A DNA stretch of 64,000 bases from Bacteroidota bacterium (GCA_947450025.1 CANFTW010000001.1:244672-308671), one strand, 5' to 3'. Shown: positions 1 to 10,093, counted from the first letter of the stretch. A program made the numbers and translations. Notes: generated by a model not told the origin, from the letters alone.

Positions 1-424
1 ATGAAATTGCTTTTTGTAAGTTAAACGATGGTAGTGCTGGCACTTCACTAGGAAAATAATCATTAGATGTTCCTTCACCTCTAATCGCTGCAATAGGTAA
101 AATTAAATCACCAATTTGATTTTTCTTTTTCAATCCACCACATTTTCCTAAAAATAAAACCGCTTTAGGAGAAATGGCCGTTAGCAAATCCATAATCGTT
201 GCAGCCATTGCACTTCCCATACTGAAATTAATAATCGTAATTCCTTCTGCTGTGGCCGTTTGCATAGGTCTATCGAGGCCTTCTACTTCTACCCCATTCC
301 ATTCCGCAAACATTTTTACATAACCTCCAAAATTGGTTAACAAAATATATTCTCCAAAATCTTCTATTTTTTTTCCTGTATAACGAGGTAACCAATTATT
401 GACAATTTCTTCTTTCGTCTTCAT
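1..424 (-). CDS. amn: AMP nucleosidase-like nucleoside phosphorylase (PNP_UDP_1 family), N-terminal part; the 3' end runs off the window
   Basis: My own reverse-strand translation from the ATG (complement of 422-424) reads MKTKEEIVNNWLPRYTGKKIEDFGEYILLTNFGGYVKMF...LGKCGGLKKKNQIGDLILPIAAIRGEGTSNDYFP. It stays open to position 1. It is absent from the ORF track because it is truncated. Confidence 0.6.
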   Translation of the reverse strand, partial: MKTKEEIVNNWLPRYTGKKIEDFGEYILLTNFGGYVKMFAEWNGVEVEGLDRPMQTATAEGITIINFSMGSAMAATIMDLLTAISPKAVLFLGKCGGLKKKNQIGDLILPIAAIRGEGTSNDYFPSEVPALPSFNLQKAIS

Positions 425-610
425 ATTAAATTACATTTAAATAAAACAATAAGCCTATCTTTTGATCAAGATGCAGAGCTTTCAAGGCACTATTAACTAA
501 TTTATATAAAAAGGTCAATTCTATGGCCGATACAAACAAAGATACAAAGTATTTAATTATGACAACTACATTATTATTTTACCATATCTTTATCAAATTA
601 TTTTTTAACT

Positions 611-1084
611 GTGGCATTACCTTCTTTAAATTTCCCTAAAATTGACTTTCGTTTTCAAAAAAACGATAAGAATATTCTACAGCTATTTGATATTATCCGT
701 AAAAAATTCGTGAATATTACACCAGAAGAATGGGTAAGGCAACATGTTATTCATTTTTTGATTGAGCAAAAACAAGTACCTGCTTCTATGATTTCAGTCG
801 AAAAACAATTGACACTTAATCATACCAAACGACGAACAGATCTTGTCGTTTTTAATAATTCATTAAAGCCCCTGATGATTATAGAATGTAAAGCGCCTGA
901 GGTAGAAATTAATCAACTAACTATAAATCAGGCCTTACGCTACAACTTACAATTAAATGTTCCTGCTATTTTTTTAAGTAACGGGTTCCAACATATTTGT
1001 ATTCAATTAGAACAAACTGGCCCGAAAATCCTTAAAGATGTGCCTGACTACAATGCTCTACTAAAATTTTTAGGCGACTCTTAG
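611..1084 (+). CDS. Stand-alone type I restriction enzyme HsdR N-terminal-domain protein (PD-(D/E)xK-like fold)
   Basis: 157-aa ORF with a GTG start. The motif RRTDLVVF...LMIIECKAP fits a D...ExK nuclease-fold core. The architecture is typical of the small HsdR_N family proteins common in Bacteroidota. Confidence 0.65.
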   Translation: MALPSLNFPKIDFRFQKNDKNILQLFDIIRKKFVNITPEEWVRQHVIHFLIEQKQVPASMISVEKQLTLNHTKRRTDLVVFNNSLKPLMIIECKAPEVEINQLTINQALRYNLQLNVPAIFLSNGFQHICIQLEQTGPKILKDVPDYNALLKFLGDS

Positions 1085-1191
1085 ATTTTGTAACTTTTTT
1101 GTAATTAAGTAGTTAGTTTTACTGATTCCATGGCTTTTTTCTGAAATGTTAATAACTTTTAGGTCATTAACAGCAATTAACACTTGCTTTT

Positions 1192-2268
1192 ATGAAAAAA
1201 ACTAACATATTTGCAAAACTCGAATTTTTACGTCAAGAAGTGAAACCTAACAAAATATCTACATTCCTATTAATGATGTCTTCATCTTTAATAGTAAGTG
1301 CTTTTTCTGCTATCTCTTCAAGCCTATTGACAACAAGTAAATCTGTACATCTTTCAAACATATTTTCTCCTGATGAAAAACCAGTAAAAGATGATGGAAA
1401 AAAGAAAGCTGTAAAAAGAGATGACACGACAAAAACTGTTATCAATCCTGCTATTTTAGCTTTATCAAACGATGATCACGAAGATGAAGAAGTAGATTCA
1501 TTATTAGCTTTCCCATCTAATGATTTATATGCAAGTTGGGATACTGCAACTATTCATCCATATTCTTTTATTCAGTGTTTTAAAAAGGATTCGGCAATGA
1601 TTACCTTAACAGAACCAACTGATTGCGGCTTTGTATTACCATTTAACGGAAATGTGACTTCTGAATTTGGATGGAGAAAGAAAAGGCCACATTATGGAAC
1701 CGATATTGATTTAGAAACTGGCGATACAGTTGGCGCTGCATTTGACGGAATGGTTCGAATTGCAAAATTAAATAGAAGTTATGGAAATGTTGTCATTATC
1801 AGACATAACAATGGGCTAGAAACCGTTTACGCTCATCTTTCAAAAATATTAGTTGAAGCTGGTCAAAAAGTTGAGGCTGGTCAAATGATTGGATTAGGTG
1901 GCAATACAGGTCATTCTTTTGGCTCTCACTTACATTTTGAAATGCGTTATTTAGGTCAAGCTATTGACGCCGAAGATTTTATTGATTTTGAAGCTGGTAA
2001 ATTAAAAAACAACACGGTAATGATTACCAAATCCGATGTTGAAAATAAATATGATTTAAGAGCATTACATTCTCGCCAGAAAAAAGATTTAAACTTAACA
2101 CGCGTTACTGGTTCTAAATCTAAACACGGGAAAATATATAAAGTTAAAAAAGGTGATACCTTAGGTCGTATTGCTCAGCGCAATCATACAACCATCAAAG
2201 CTATTTGCAAGAAAAATGGCATCAAACAAACTAAGCCCTTGCGTTTAGGACAAAAATTAAAAATTTAA
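1192..2268 (+). CDS. M23 family metallopeptidase with a C-terminal LysM domain
   Basis: M23 motifs HYGTDIDL and GNTGHSFGSHLHFEM are present. The C-terminal YKVKKGDTLGRIAQRNHTTIKAICKKNG...LGQKLKI is a LysM repeat. The N-terminal segment is hydrophobic. Confidence 0.9.
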   Translation: MKKTNIFAKLEFLRQEVKPNKISTFLLMMSSSLIVSAFSAISSSLLTTSKSVHLSNIFSPDEKPVKDDGKKKAVKRDDTTKTVINPAILALSNDDHEDEEVDSLLAFPSNDLYASWDTATIHPYSFIQCFKKDSAMITLTEPTDCGFVLPFNGNVTSEFGWRKKRPHYGTDIDLETGDTVGAAFDGMVRIAKLNRSYGNVVIIRHNNGLETVYAHLSKILVEAGQKVEAGQMIGLGGNTGHSFGSHLHFEMRYLGQAIDAEDFIDFEAGKLKNNTVMITKSDVENKYDLRALHSRQKKDLNLTRVTGSKSKHGKIYKVKKGDTLGRIAQRNHTTIKAICKKNGIKQTKPLRLGQKLKI

Positions 2269-2278
2269 TATCAGACTC

Positions 2279-2313
2279 AAAAAAATGCCCTTGTATGACA
2301 AGGGCATTTTTTT
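2279..2313. terminator. Bidirectional rho-independent terminator between convergent genes
   Basis: A-run, then stem atgccctt (2285-2292) paired with aagggcat (2300-2307), then T-run 2308-2313. Confidence 0.8.
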
Positions 2314-2336
2314 GATATGCAACGAACAAAAAAGTA

Positions 2337-3575
2337 TTACTCCTCCGATCCTCCTAATTCTAACAATTTAATATCACCAATAGCATTACCAGCAATACCT
2401 TTGACTGAGCCGTAAAAATTAGTTGTATTCAATAACACTTTCTCTAATTGTTTTTCACGCTCTTTCCATATTTTTTGCATAGAATTCTTTTCGCGTTGTA
2501 TTCCCATTTGCAACTCAGTAAACCCTTCTACAATTGCTTCTATTTGCTGTCTAAACTCAGTGCCTGTTAAATAAGAATACAACATGCTCATTTTATCACC
2601 TTTATTTTCTTGACTAGCTTGAGCAGCATAAATTTTTACGAGACTGTCTCTCAATACAAATGCTAATGATTTAATTTCAGTAAAATTACAAATCCAAACA
2701 CCATCCTTCATTCCAAAACGATCCATGTCTTTAGGCATAGTTTCAGTTACAATGACAGCAATATCTGCTTGAGAAGAACGCATATCGTGCTTTAATTTAT
2801 CAATCCAATCACCGCCAAATGCTTTTGTGTTTTTACTCTCATAAATAATTTTACCGCACTCTTTACCTAATGGATTTCGAACAGTTTGAATAGCATCTGC
2901 ACCTTTGACACCTTTTCCAACTTCCTCAATCATATCAATAGGAAAGGTATGACGTAATAACTCTTCTAAGGCTAATTCTTGAACTTCACCTTGCATTTGC
3001 ATAGATCCTTGTTCTGCCTTACGTTGCATGGTTTCTATCAAAGATTTTTGATCAGCTAATTTCTTTTCTAATTCTTTTACTTTAAAGTCTGTTTTTTCTG
3101 CTTCCTTTTGTTTAAAGCGTTCTTCGATAGCTTTTTCTCTTTCTAAAATTTGTTTTTCAAATTCAATAGCAAATAATTCTTGCTTTTCTAAAAACGCCTT
3201 TTCTTTTTGCATCAGTTCTAATTCTTTTACCTGTGCTTCTTTTATTTTAGCGGTCTTTTCTTGCAACTCTTTCTCCATCAATTTCACGCGTGTGTCAACT
3301 TCCTCGGCGGCTTTTTTTGTAGCTTCTTGCTCTAATATAGCTTTTTGTAACTTTATCTTTTCAGCAATAATTTTCTCTTGATTCTCAGCGTCTGATTTTG
3401 TCTGTTCGATTAACTTATTAATCTGAACCCTTTCTAACTCTAATTTTTGCTTATCATCATTGTAAACTTTTAAATATTTACTTCTGATTTCGTTTTCTAT
3501 TTCTTGAGCTAATGCATTTCCTATAGGAAACTCATGTTTGCAATTTGGACATTTAACAGTTGATTGATTACTCAT
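2337..3575 (-). CDS. DUF2130-like protein: N-terminal CxxC knuckle, long coiled coil, C-terminal PD-(D/E)xK-like domain
   Basis: 412 aa. It has VKCPNCKHEF at the N-terminus and about 180 aa of E/K/Q-rich heptad-like sequence. The C-terminal GVKGADAIQ...GKIIYESKNTK resembles a D...ExK nuclease core. Confidence 0.6.
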   Translation of the reverse strand: MSNQSTVKCPNCKHEFPIGNALAQEIENEIRSKYLKVYNDDKQKLELERVQINKLIEQTKSDAENQEKIIAEKIKLQKAILEQEATKKAAEEVDTRVKLMEKELQEKTAKIKEAQVKELELMQKEKAFLEKQELFAIEFEKQILEREKAIEERFKQKEAEKTDFKVKELEKKLADQKSLIETMQRKAEQGSMQMQGEVQELALEELLRHTFPIDMIEEVGKGVKGADAIQTVRNPLGKECGKIIYESKNTKAFGGDWIDKLKHDMRSSQADIAVIVTETMPKDMDRFGMKDGVWICNFTEIKSLAFVLRDSLVKIYAAQASQENKGDKMSMLYSYLTGTEFRQQIEAIVEGFTELQMGIQREKNSMQKIWKEREKQLEKVLLNTTNFYGSVKGIAGNAIGDIKLLELGGSEE

Positions 3576-3612
3576 ATTGATTTTAAAAATAGACCTCTGT
3601 AATAATTAATTT

Positions 3613-4308
3613 TTATATAAATTCATTTAACTTTTCTGACAATATCTTCATTCCATCAACAGCTGTAGCTTTTATAATGATAAGATTTTTAATATGCCCA
3701 AGATTAAAATCTCCTGGATCTATCAAATATTTAAACGTTTTATCAGGGACTACGTGCATTAAATTTGCTGCAGGATATACATTTAACGATGTGCCTATTG
3801 TTATAAAAATATCCGCATCTTCCGTCAATATTATTGCCTTATCCATTTCAGGAACAACTTCACCAAACCAAACAATATGTGGTCTAATTTGAGAGCCTAC
3901 TGCACAAACATCTCCAGGCTTTATTTCCCAATTTTTTAAATCATACACTAACTCTTGTTGTGCTGTGCTTCTACCCTTCATAATTTCACCATGCAAATGC
4001 AATACTTTTTTGCTCCCGGCTCGCTCATGAAGATCATCAATATTTTGTGTAATAACCTGAACTTCAAACTGTTTTTGTAATTCAGCTACCAAAAAATGAG
4101 CCTCATTTGGCTGAGATTCCATGATTTGTTTACGTCGCTGATTATAGAAATCTAAAACTAATTTTTGATTTTTTTGCCAAGCTCCAAAGGTAGCTACATC
4201 TTCAATGTTATAATCTTCCCATAACCCTCCGCTATCTCTAAACGTTTTAATACCACTTTCGGCACTCATTCCCGCTCCACTAAAAACAACTATTTTCTTT
4301 TTGTTCAT
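3613..4308 (-). CDS. cobB: Sir2-family NAD-dependent protein deacylase (CobB-like) that lacks the usual zinc-binding cysteines
   Basis: Sirtuin motifs present: GAGMSAESGIKTFRD, TQNIDDLHERAG, catalytic LHLHGE and VWFGE. The 231-aa size fits bacterial sirtuins. Confidence 0.85.
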   Translation of the reverse strand: MNKKKIVVFSGAGMSAESGIKTFRDSGGLWEDYNIEDVATFGAWQKNQKLVLDFYNQRRKQIMESQPNEAHFLVAELQKQFEVQVITQNIDDLHERAGSKKVLHLHGEIMKGRSTAQQELVYDLKNWEIKPGDVCAVGSQIRPHIVWFGEVVPEMDKAIILTEDADIFITIGTSLNVYPAANLMHVVPDKTFKYLIDPGDFNLGHIKNLIIIKATAVDGMKILSEKLNEFI

Positions 4309-4400
4309 GATTTGGGGTAAAAATAAACTTTAAACAATCTACAAACAAGTGTCATTTATATTTTAGCTTATCCTAAATTTACAAAAAAATATAACCCACT

Positions 4401-5048
4401 ATGAAATTTTTTATTGATACAGCAAATTTAGATCAAATTAGAGAAGCGCAAGACTTAGGTGTTTTAGACGGTGTAACCACAAACCCATCATTAATGGCTA
4501 AAGAAGGCATTAAAGGACAAGATAATATCTTAAAACATTATGTTGATATTTGTAATATTACAACTGGTGATGTAAGTGCCGAAGTGATTGCAACAGATTT
4601 TGAAGGTATGGTTCGAGAAGGAGAAATGTTAGCAGATTTACACCCTCGTATCGTTGTGAAAATTCCAATGATTAAAGAAGGTGTAAAAGCAATTAAATAC
4701 TTTAGTGATAAAGGAATCAAAACTAACTGTACACTTGTTTTCTCTGCAGGTCAAGCTTTATTAGCAGCAAAGGCAGGTGCAACTTATGTTTCTCCTTTTG
4801 TTGGACGTTTAGATGACATTAGCCAAGATGGAATGGATTTAATTGATGACATCAGAACCATTTATGATAATTATGGGTATGAAACTGAAATTTTAGCAGC
4901 ATCAGTTCGTCATCCAATGCATATTATCCAGTGTGCTAAAATTGGAGCTGATGTGATTACAGCACCTTTGAGCGCAATTGCAGCATTATTAAATCACCCA
5001 TTAACAGATAAAGGCTTAGCTCAATTTTTAGCAGATGCTAAAAAATAA
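4401..5048 (+). CDS. fsa: Fructose-6-phosphate aldolase / type 3B transaldolase
   Basis: 215 aa. [16 protein letters not shown]...GVTTNPSL and the Schiff-base region VVKIP are typical of the short Tal/FSA family. Confidence 0.92.
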   Translation: MKFFIDTANLDQIREAQDLGVLDGVTTNPSLMAKEGIKGQDNILKHYVDICNITTGDVSAEVIATDFEGMVREGEMLADLHPRIVVKIPMIKEGVKAIKYFSDKGIKTNCTLVFSAGQALLAAKAGATYVSPFVGRLDDISQDGMDLIDDIRTIYDNYGYETEILAASVRHPMHIIQCAKIGADVITAPLSAIAALLNHPLTDKGLAQFLADAKK

Positions 5049-5073
5049 ATTTGTCATTGTAATAACACATACT

Positions 5074-5110
5074 AAAAAAGCCCTCACTAAAAACAGTAAG
5101 GGCTTTTTTT
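5074..5110. terminator. Bidirectional rho-independent terminator (fsa / rsmG convergent pair)
   Basis: A-run 5074-5079, stem gccctcac (5080-5087) paired with gtaagggc (5096-5103) with one mismatch, T-run 5104-5110. Confidence 0.75.
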
Positions 5111-5122
5111 CTAATTTCATTT

Positions 5123-5749
5123 TTACAATTTATAATACACTACCTTTTTTGTGTCAAAAAACTCGTCATCAAAATAATTTTTTAAATCATAAAAAATGGC
5201 TTTATCATAATGGTGTCCAAATTCTTCGCGAAGGTCGCCTCCTTTTAAATAAAGAATACCATTTGGTAAATCGTTAAAATTATCTTTCAGTATTTTTTTA
5301 CTAATCCAGTTATAAAACTCTGGGAAAGCTGTAACGGCTCTACTTACAATAAAATGGTATTTATCACTTATTTTTTCTGCACGTTCATGTTGCGCCGTTA
5401 AATTTGTTAATCCAACCCCATTGGCAACCTCTGTCACAACTTTAATTTTTTTACCAATTGAATCTACTAAATGAAAAGTAGACTCAGGAAACAAAATAGC
5501 TAGAGGGATTCCTGGAAAACCACCTCCACATCCAACATCTAATATTTTAGTTCCCGGTTTAAATTCCATCACTTTAGCAATTCCTAAAGAATGTAAAACA
5601 TGTCGTTCATACAACAAATCACTATCTTTTCTGGAAATCACATTAATTTGAGAATTCCAATGAATATACAAGTCATACAATTGTTCGAATTGACGTTTTT
5701 GATGTTCTGTTATATTTGGAAAATATTTTAATAGGATTTCAGTTTTCAC
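5123..5749 (-). CDS. rsmG: 16S rRNA (guanine527-N7)-methyltransferase RsmG
   Basis: 208 aa. It has the SAM-binding motif ILDVGCGGGFPGIPLAI and the typical RsmG N-terminus (QLYDLYIHWNSQINVIS). Confidence 0.9.
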   Translation of the reverse strand: MKTEILLKYFPNITEHQKRQFEQLYDLYIHWNSQINVISRKDSDLLYERHVLHSLGIAKVMEFKPGTKILDVGCGGGFPGIPLAILFPESTFHLVDSIGKKIKVVTEVANGVGLTNLTAQHERAEKISDKYHFIVSRAVTAFPEFYNWISKKILKDNFNDLPNGILYLKGGDLREEFGHHYDKAIFYDLKNYFDDEFFDTKKVVYYKL

Positions 5750-5861
5750 AATATAAAGTATGTTAATTTTTTATTCGTTAGATTGAAGTGGAAAATATTT
5801 TTATTCTCTCTAGTATGCAATTGAGCTCTAGTGTGAAAGCTCAAAATCATAAATGCTAGGT

Positions 5862-6476
5862 TTATTTTTCTTGATTTTTAAGGATATTAAATAAGAAATC
5901 TCTTGCTCTAAATAATTGAGCTTTAACTGTACCAACAGGTAAATCCAATTTGATAGCAATTTCCTCGTAACTTAATTCTTCATAATAACGCATCTTTACT
6001 AATTCCTTATATCTAGGTTTCAGTTTTTCAACCACCTCTCTCAGCATTTCAACTTTTTGTTTTTTTATAATATACTCTTCAGGATCTAGTGTTTGAGATT
6101 TAATATTCTTAGAAAATTCCTGCCCTTCATCATTTTCCATCTTAGTATCTAAAGATAGGGCTGTATTTTTCTTTTTATTTCTTAAAAAATCTATGGCATT
6201 ATTACTTGCTATTTTAAACAACCATGTACTAAATGCATACGTTGGCGTGTATTGATCTAATCGTTTAAAGGCTCTTCCAAAAGCTTCAATGGTTAAATCA
6301 TCTGCATCATCTTTATTATTACACATTCTTAACATTGTAAAATAAACAGATTCACGATATCGCTGTAATAATTCCGCATAAGCCTTCTGATCACCTTTAT
6401 GCAAGGCTAATTGTATGAGTTTATAATCATACACGGCTTTGGTTGTGAGATTATCGCTAGGCTCTAGTTCTTCCAT
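5862..6476 (-). CDS. ECF-type RNA polymerase sigma-70 family factor
   Basis: The sigma region 2 (YRESVYFTMLRM...DADDLTIEAFGRAF) and the region 4 HTH (LSYEEIAIKLDLPVGTVKAQLFRAR) are recognisable. Confidence 0.85.
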   Translation of the reverse strand: MEELEPSDNLTTKAVYDYKLIQLALHKGDQKAYAELLQRYRESVYFTMLRMCNNKDDADDLTIEAFGRAFKRLDQYTPTYAFSTWLFKIASNNAIDFLRNKKKNTALSLDTKMENDEGQEFSKNIKSQTLDPEEYIIKKQKVEMLREVVEKLKPRYKELVKMRYYEELSYEEIAIKLDLPVGTVKAQLFRARDFLFNILKNQEK

Positions 6477-7606
6477 TTATTTTGTTTATTAAACAATAGA
6501 CTAATATGAAACATAGGATAAACCATCAGTAATATAATTTCGTGAAAAAATGCGAAAGCCCACAAATCTACTTCATTCAGTTTCTTTGATACTTTCTTAA
6601 AGATAATCATTTGAATGCATATTTTCAAAATAAAAGCAGATAAGCCTATTAAAATAGTTGTTTTGAAAAGTAATAAGGATAAAAGTAAAATATGAAACGC
6701 GTACTGCAAGACATAAGCCATTGTTATTTTAGTTTTGCTACTTGCACTATAATGAGGAGCAGTTGTTAAATGTCTCAATTTTTGACGTTTCCAATCTAAA
6801 AATGATGTTTTTGCTAAGGAGTATGTAATTGCGTTTGGCGAGATCACCACATTAGTATTTTCTTGTGTACAGGCTTGATTAATAAATAAATCATCATCAC
6901 CAGATACAATATGATAATGTTTAGAAAAGCCTTTTTGTTTGTAAAACAACTCTTTTTTGTACCCTAAATTTCTTCCAACTCCCATATAAGCGCTTCCTTT
7001 TAAAGCAGCTGATAAATAATTAACGGCAATTAAAAACGTATCAAAACGAATTAATTTATTTAGAAATCCTTTTTCTTTCTTATATGCTCCATAACCTAAC
7101 ACAATTTCTTTTTTGTTTACAAATCCAGAACTCATCTCTTCAAGCCAATGTTCGCTTGCTGGAAAACAATCAGCATCCGTAAAAAGCAAATTATCATACT
7201 TTGCCCCTTTAATACCTACCATTACTGCAAACTTTTTTCCATGCTTATAGTAATCATCTTCCTTTATATTTACTTTTTTTAGATTAGGGAAAATCTTAGC
7301 AAACTCATCAATCACATTTTCTGTATTGTCAATTGAACAATCATTAACCACCACAACTTCAAATTCAGGATAATCCTGAACTAAAATTTTAGGTAAAAAT
7401 TCCGTTAAATTATCATCTTCATTACGCGCGCAAATAATAATTGAAACAGGAGCTTTAGATTGGCTGGATTCCAAAGACACGGTTTTTAAATTACCAATAG
7501 GCAGTATATTAATAACATAATGAATAATAATGCCTATAAACGACACAAAAAAGGCAATTAACAATAGTTCATCGACCCCTATTTCAACAAAATCAGGAAA
7601 ATACAT
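6464..7606 (-). CDS. Family 2 glycosyltransferase, membrane-anchored
   Basis: N-terminal TM helix, the GT2 core VSIIICARNEDDNL...VVVVNDCSIDNT, a DxD-like FTDADC, and C-terminal TM helices. It overlaps the sigma-factor start by 13 nt. Confidence 0.8.
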   Translation of the reverse strand: MYFPDFVEIGVDELLLIAFFVSFIGIIIHYVINILPIGNLKTVSLESSQSKAPVSIIICARNEDDNLTEFLPKILVQDYPEFEVVVVNDCSIDNTENVIDEFAKIFPNLKKVNIKEDDYYKHGKKFAVMVGIKGAKYDNLLFTDADCFPASEHWLEEMSSGFVNKKEIVLGYGAYKKEKGFLNKLIRFDTFLIAVNYLSAALKGSAYMGVGRNLGYKKELFYKQKGFSKHYHIVSGDDDLFINQACTQENTNVVISPNAITYSLAKTSFLDWKRQKLRHLTTAPHYSASSKTKITMAYVLQYAFHILLLSLLLFKTTILIGLSAFILKICIQMIIFKKVSKKLNEVDLWAFAFFHEIILLMVYPMFHISLLFNKQNKWKN

Positions 7607-7644
7607 ATAGCAAAAATACCAAGCATACAGCTAGATAATTCGGT

Positions 7645-7652
7645 TATATTTG
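7645..7652 (+). promoter_or_regulatory. Candidate Bacteroidota -7 promoter box (TAnnTTTG)
   Basis: tatatttg lies 26 nt upstream of the hxpB-like ATG and matches the known Bacteroidetes sigma-A -7 consensus. Confidence 0.35.
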
Positions 7653-7677
7653 CAATTATTAAACAAAGAAATTAACA

Positions 7678-8325
7678 ATGCTCACAGATATAAAAGCCGT
7701 CATTTTTGACATGGATGGAGTCATTATTGACTCGGAACCTCTTTGGAGACGAGCAATGATTAAAAGTTTTATTGAAGTTGGCATTCCATTTAGTGATGAA
7801 CACTGCCGAATAACCACTGGATTAAGGTTTAAAGAAGTGATCGATTTTTGGTTTAAAAAACATCATATTTCTCATATTTCAATAGATGAATTTGATGATT
7901 TAGTCATAAACAGACTTTGCGTCTTAATAAAAGAAGAAGGCAAGGCAATGAAAGGTTTGATTGAGATATTACCATTTTTAAAGAAAAAAGGCTTAAAATT
8001 AGGCATAGGAACTTCCTCTAATACCAAATTAATGAATACAGTAGTAGATGTTTTAAATATTAGACATTACTTTGATGAACTATGTTCAGCCGAACACATG
8101 TCTCACGGCAAACCTCATCCTATGGTATATTTAAACTGCGCCGAAAAATTAAATGTTAAGCCTCTTCAATGCTTAGTGATTGAGGACTCTGTAAATGGCA
8201 TTATTGCGGGTAAAGCGGCTCAAATGAAAGTATTAGCTATACCGGAAGACATTAATAAAAATAATCCAAAATTCTCAATCGCAGATTATACTATGGAATC
8301 GTTAATTGAATTAATGACAATTTAA
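7678..8325 (+). CDS. hxpB: HAD-IA family sugar phosphatase (hexitol phosphatase HxpB/YniC-like)
   Basis: It has the motifs IFDMDGVIIDSEPLW, GKPHP and IEDSVNGIIAGKAA. It looks colinear with E. coli YniC as I recall it. Confidence 0.8.
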   Translation: MLTDIKAVIFDMDGVIIDSEPLWRRAMIKSFIEVGIPFSDEHCRITTGLRFKEVIDFWFKKHHISHISIDEFDDLVINRLCVLIKEEGKAMKGLIEILPFLKKKGLKLGIGTSSNTKLMNTVVDVLNIRHYFDELCSAEHMSHGKPHPMVYLNCAEKLNVKPLQCLVIEDSVNGIIAGKAAQMKVLAIPEDINKNNPKFSIADYTMESLIELMTI

Positions 8326-8327
8326 TT

Positions 8328-8981
8328 TTAGTCAATACAAGCTCTTAAAAATTGATTTAAAGGCAAGATGGCTTTAAAAATTTTAGACGCATAGGTTGGG
8401 AAATTCTTTTCAAGTACTTCACTATCTTTTAAATGATGCATTACGATGAAATGTTTATTTTGCAAAAAACTCAATTCAAGATGATCTTTCGGATAACCTT
8501 TTGGCGCTGTCTTCAACTTGTCCTCAGGTGACAATTCTTTAAAGTACAATTTAAAATCTTTTGCATTTAAAATCTTCTTAAAGTCAGCTGCATTATAATC
8601 AATCTCTTGTCTAATTTTAGCTAAAACATCCGCTTGTGGCATATAAATGCCTCCTGCTAAAAAACATTTACCTGGTTCAATATGCATATAGTATCCTGCT
8701 CCCATATCCTTTTTACCACCAGGATTGATACTAGCTCCCATGTTTGATTTGTAGGGCGATTTGTCTTTACTAAATCTAACATCTCGATTAATACGAAACA
8801 TACATTTTTTAGCTTCTAATCCTGCTAATCCTTTATCAAACGTTGCACTTTTATCAATAACAGATTTCACGATAGCCTCAAACTCAGATTTACAAACCTC
8901 ATAGGTTTTTCTATTCTCATCAAACCATTCTTTATTATTGTTTTTAGATAATTGCTTTAAAAACTTAAAAGTCGTTTCCAT
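8328..8981 (-). CDS. DUF2461 (TIGR02453) family protein
   Basis: NNNKEWFDENRKTYE at the N-terminus and RINRDVRFSKDKSPYK are characteristic of this family as I recall it. Confidence 0.7.
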   Translation of the reverse strand: METTFKFLKQLSKNNNKEWFDENRKTYEVCKSEFEAIVKSVIDKSATFDKGLAGLEAKKCMFRINRDVRFSKDKSPYKSNMGASINPGGKKDMGAGYYMHIEPGKCFLAGGIYMPQADVLAKIRQEIDYNAADFKKILNAKDFKLYFKELSPEDKLKTAPKGYPKDHLELSFLQNKHFIVMHHLKDSEVLEKNFPTYASKIFKAILPLNQFLRACID

Positions 8982-8982
8982 A

Positions 8983-10071
8983 TTATTCAGGTATATTTTC
9001 AGTTAGTTTTTTAAAAAATTTAAAATGATCTAAAAATTCTTTTGCAATAATTCTTAATAATGTATAACATGGAATTGCGACAACCATGCCTAATACTCCA
9101 CCTATAGTGCCAGCCATCAATATGATTAGAAAAATTTCTAGGGGATGAGCTTTGACTGTGTTTGAAAAAATAGTTGGTTGTATAAACATTGCATCTATCA
9201 AATTAGTTCCTATCAAAATCATGACAATTTTAGCAATTGTTTCCGTAATTAAATCATACTGATTAAACTCAATACATCCACTAACACCTAAAAACATAGC
9301 GAAAAATAAAGTAATAATAGGTCCTATATAAGGAATAATATTCATAACCCCAGCTAAACAGCCAATCACTAATGCATTTTTAACACCAAACAACCACATC
9401 AAAACAGTTACAATTATACTCACTAATAACATGTCAATAAACAAACCTATAAAATAACTGCTCAACATTTTTCGAGAGGTTCTGTAAATATCTGTCATTG
9501 CGGATTCATAATTTGTTGGCGAAATTAATAATAGAGCTTTAGCAACCATTTTTCCATCTTTTAAAAAGAAAAACGTAATAAATAATACTGAAAATAAACC
9601 TCCTAAAAGAGAGCCAGTATATAAAATCATATTATTTAATACTAAACGAACATTTTGAAAATTAAGAAAATGATTAACTTGACTAGTTAAACTATTCATT
9701 ATTTGTTGCTCAGAACCAAAAGAATCCATCATTTTTTTTAATGAAGGGTAATAAATAAAAAGATTATGCAAAACATCGTGCAGATTAGCATTAGATAAAA
9801 ATGTAATTTGTTTAATCAGTGGTGGAAGAAAAGTAATGGTTATTAAATATAGTATTATAAAAAACACACACAAAGTAACTAAGGAGGCTAAAGAGTTACT
9901 AAGATGAAATTTTCCGATTTTTAATTTAGTAATCAACTTAACGATAGGCATCCCAATTAAGGACAATACAAGCGCAATTACAATATAAATAAACACATTA
10001 GTAAATAAATATACTAAAGTAATTAATGATAATAAAGTAATTAGAGGAATTGTATATTTTTTAAAATTCAT
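8983..10071 (-). CDS. AI-2E family transporter (PerM-like permease)
   Basis: 362-aa polytopic membrane protein. The C-terminal half (NIIPYIGPIIT...) is typical of the AI-2E/UPF0118 family. Confidence 0.75.
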   Translation of the reverse strand: MNFKKYTIPLITLLSLITLVYLFTNVFIYIVIALVLSLIGMPIVKLITKLKIGKFHLSNSLASLVTLCVFFIILYLITITFLPPLIKQITFLSNANLHDVLHNLFIYYPSLKKMMDSFGSEQQIMNSLTSQVNHFLNFQNVRLVLNNMILYTGSLLGGLFSVLFITFFFLKDGKMVAKALLLISPTNYESAMTDIYRTSRKMLSSYFIGLFIDMLLVSIIVTVLMWLFGVKNALVIGCLAGVMNIIPYIGPIITLFFAMFLGVSGCIEFNQYDLITETIAKIVMILIGTNLIDAMFIQPTIFSNTVKAHPLEIFLIILMAGTIGGVLGMVVAIPCYTLLRIIAKEFLDHFKFFKKLTENIPE

Positions 10072-10093
10072 CTTTTAAAAATACAAAAAAGTA

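Noticed and set aside
611-1084. Possible type I restriction-modification locus, because of the HsdR_N domain
   Set aside because: There is no hsdM, hsdS, helicase or methyltransferase gene nearby. This is the common stand-alone HsdR_N-domain protein and not an R-M system.
5035-5277. 80-aa + strand ORF after fsa
   Set aside because: It spans the bidirectional terminator and the 3' end of rsmG on the opposite strand. It is a translation artefact of AT-rich sequence.
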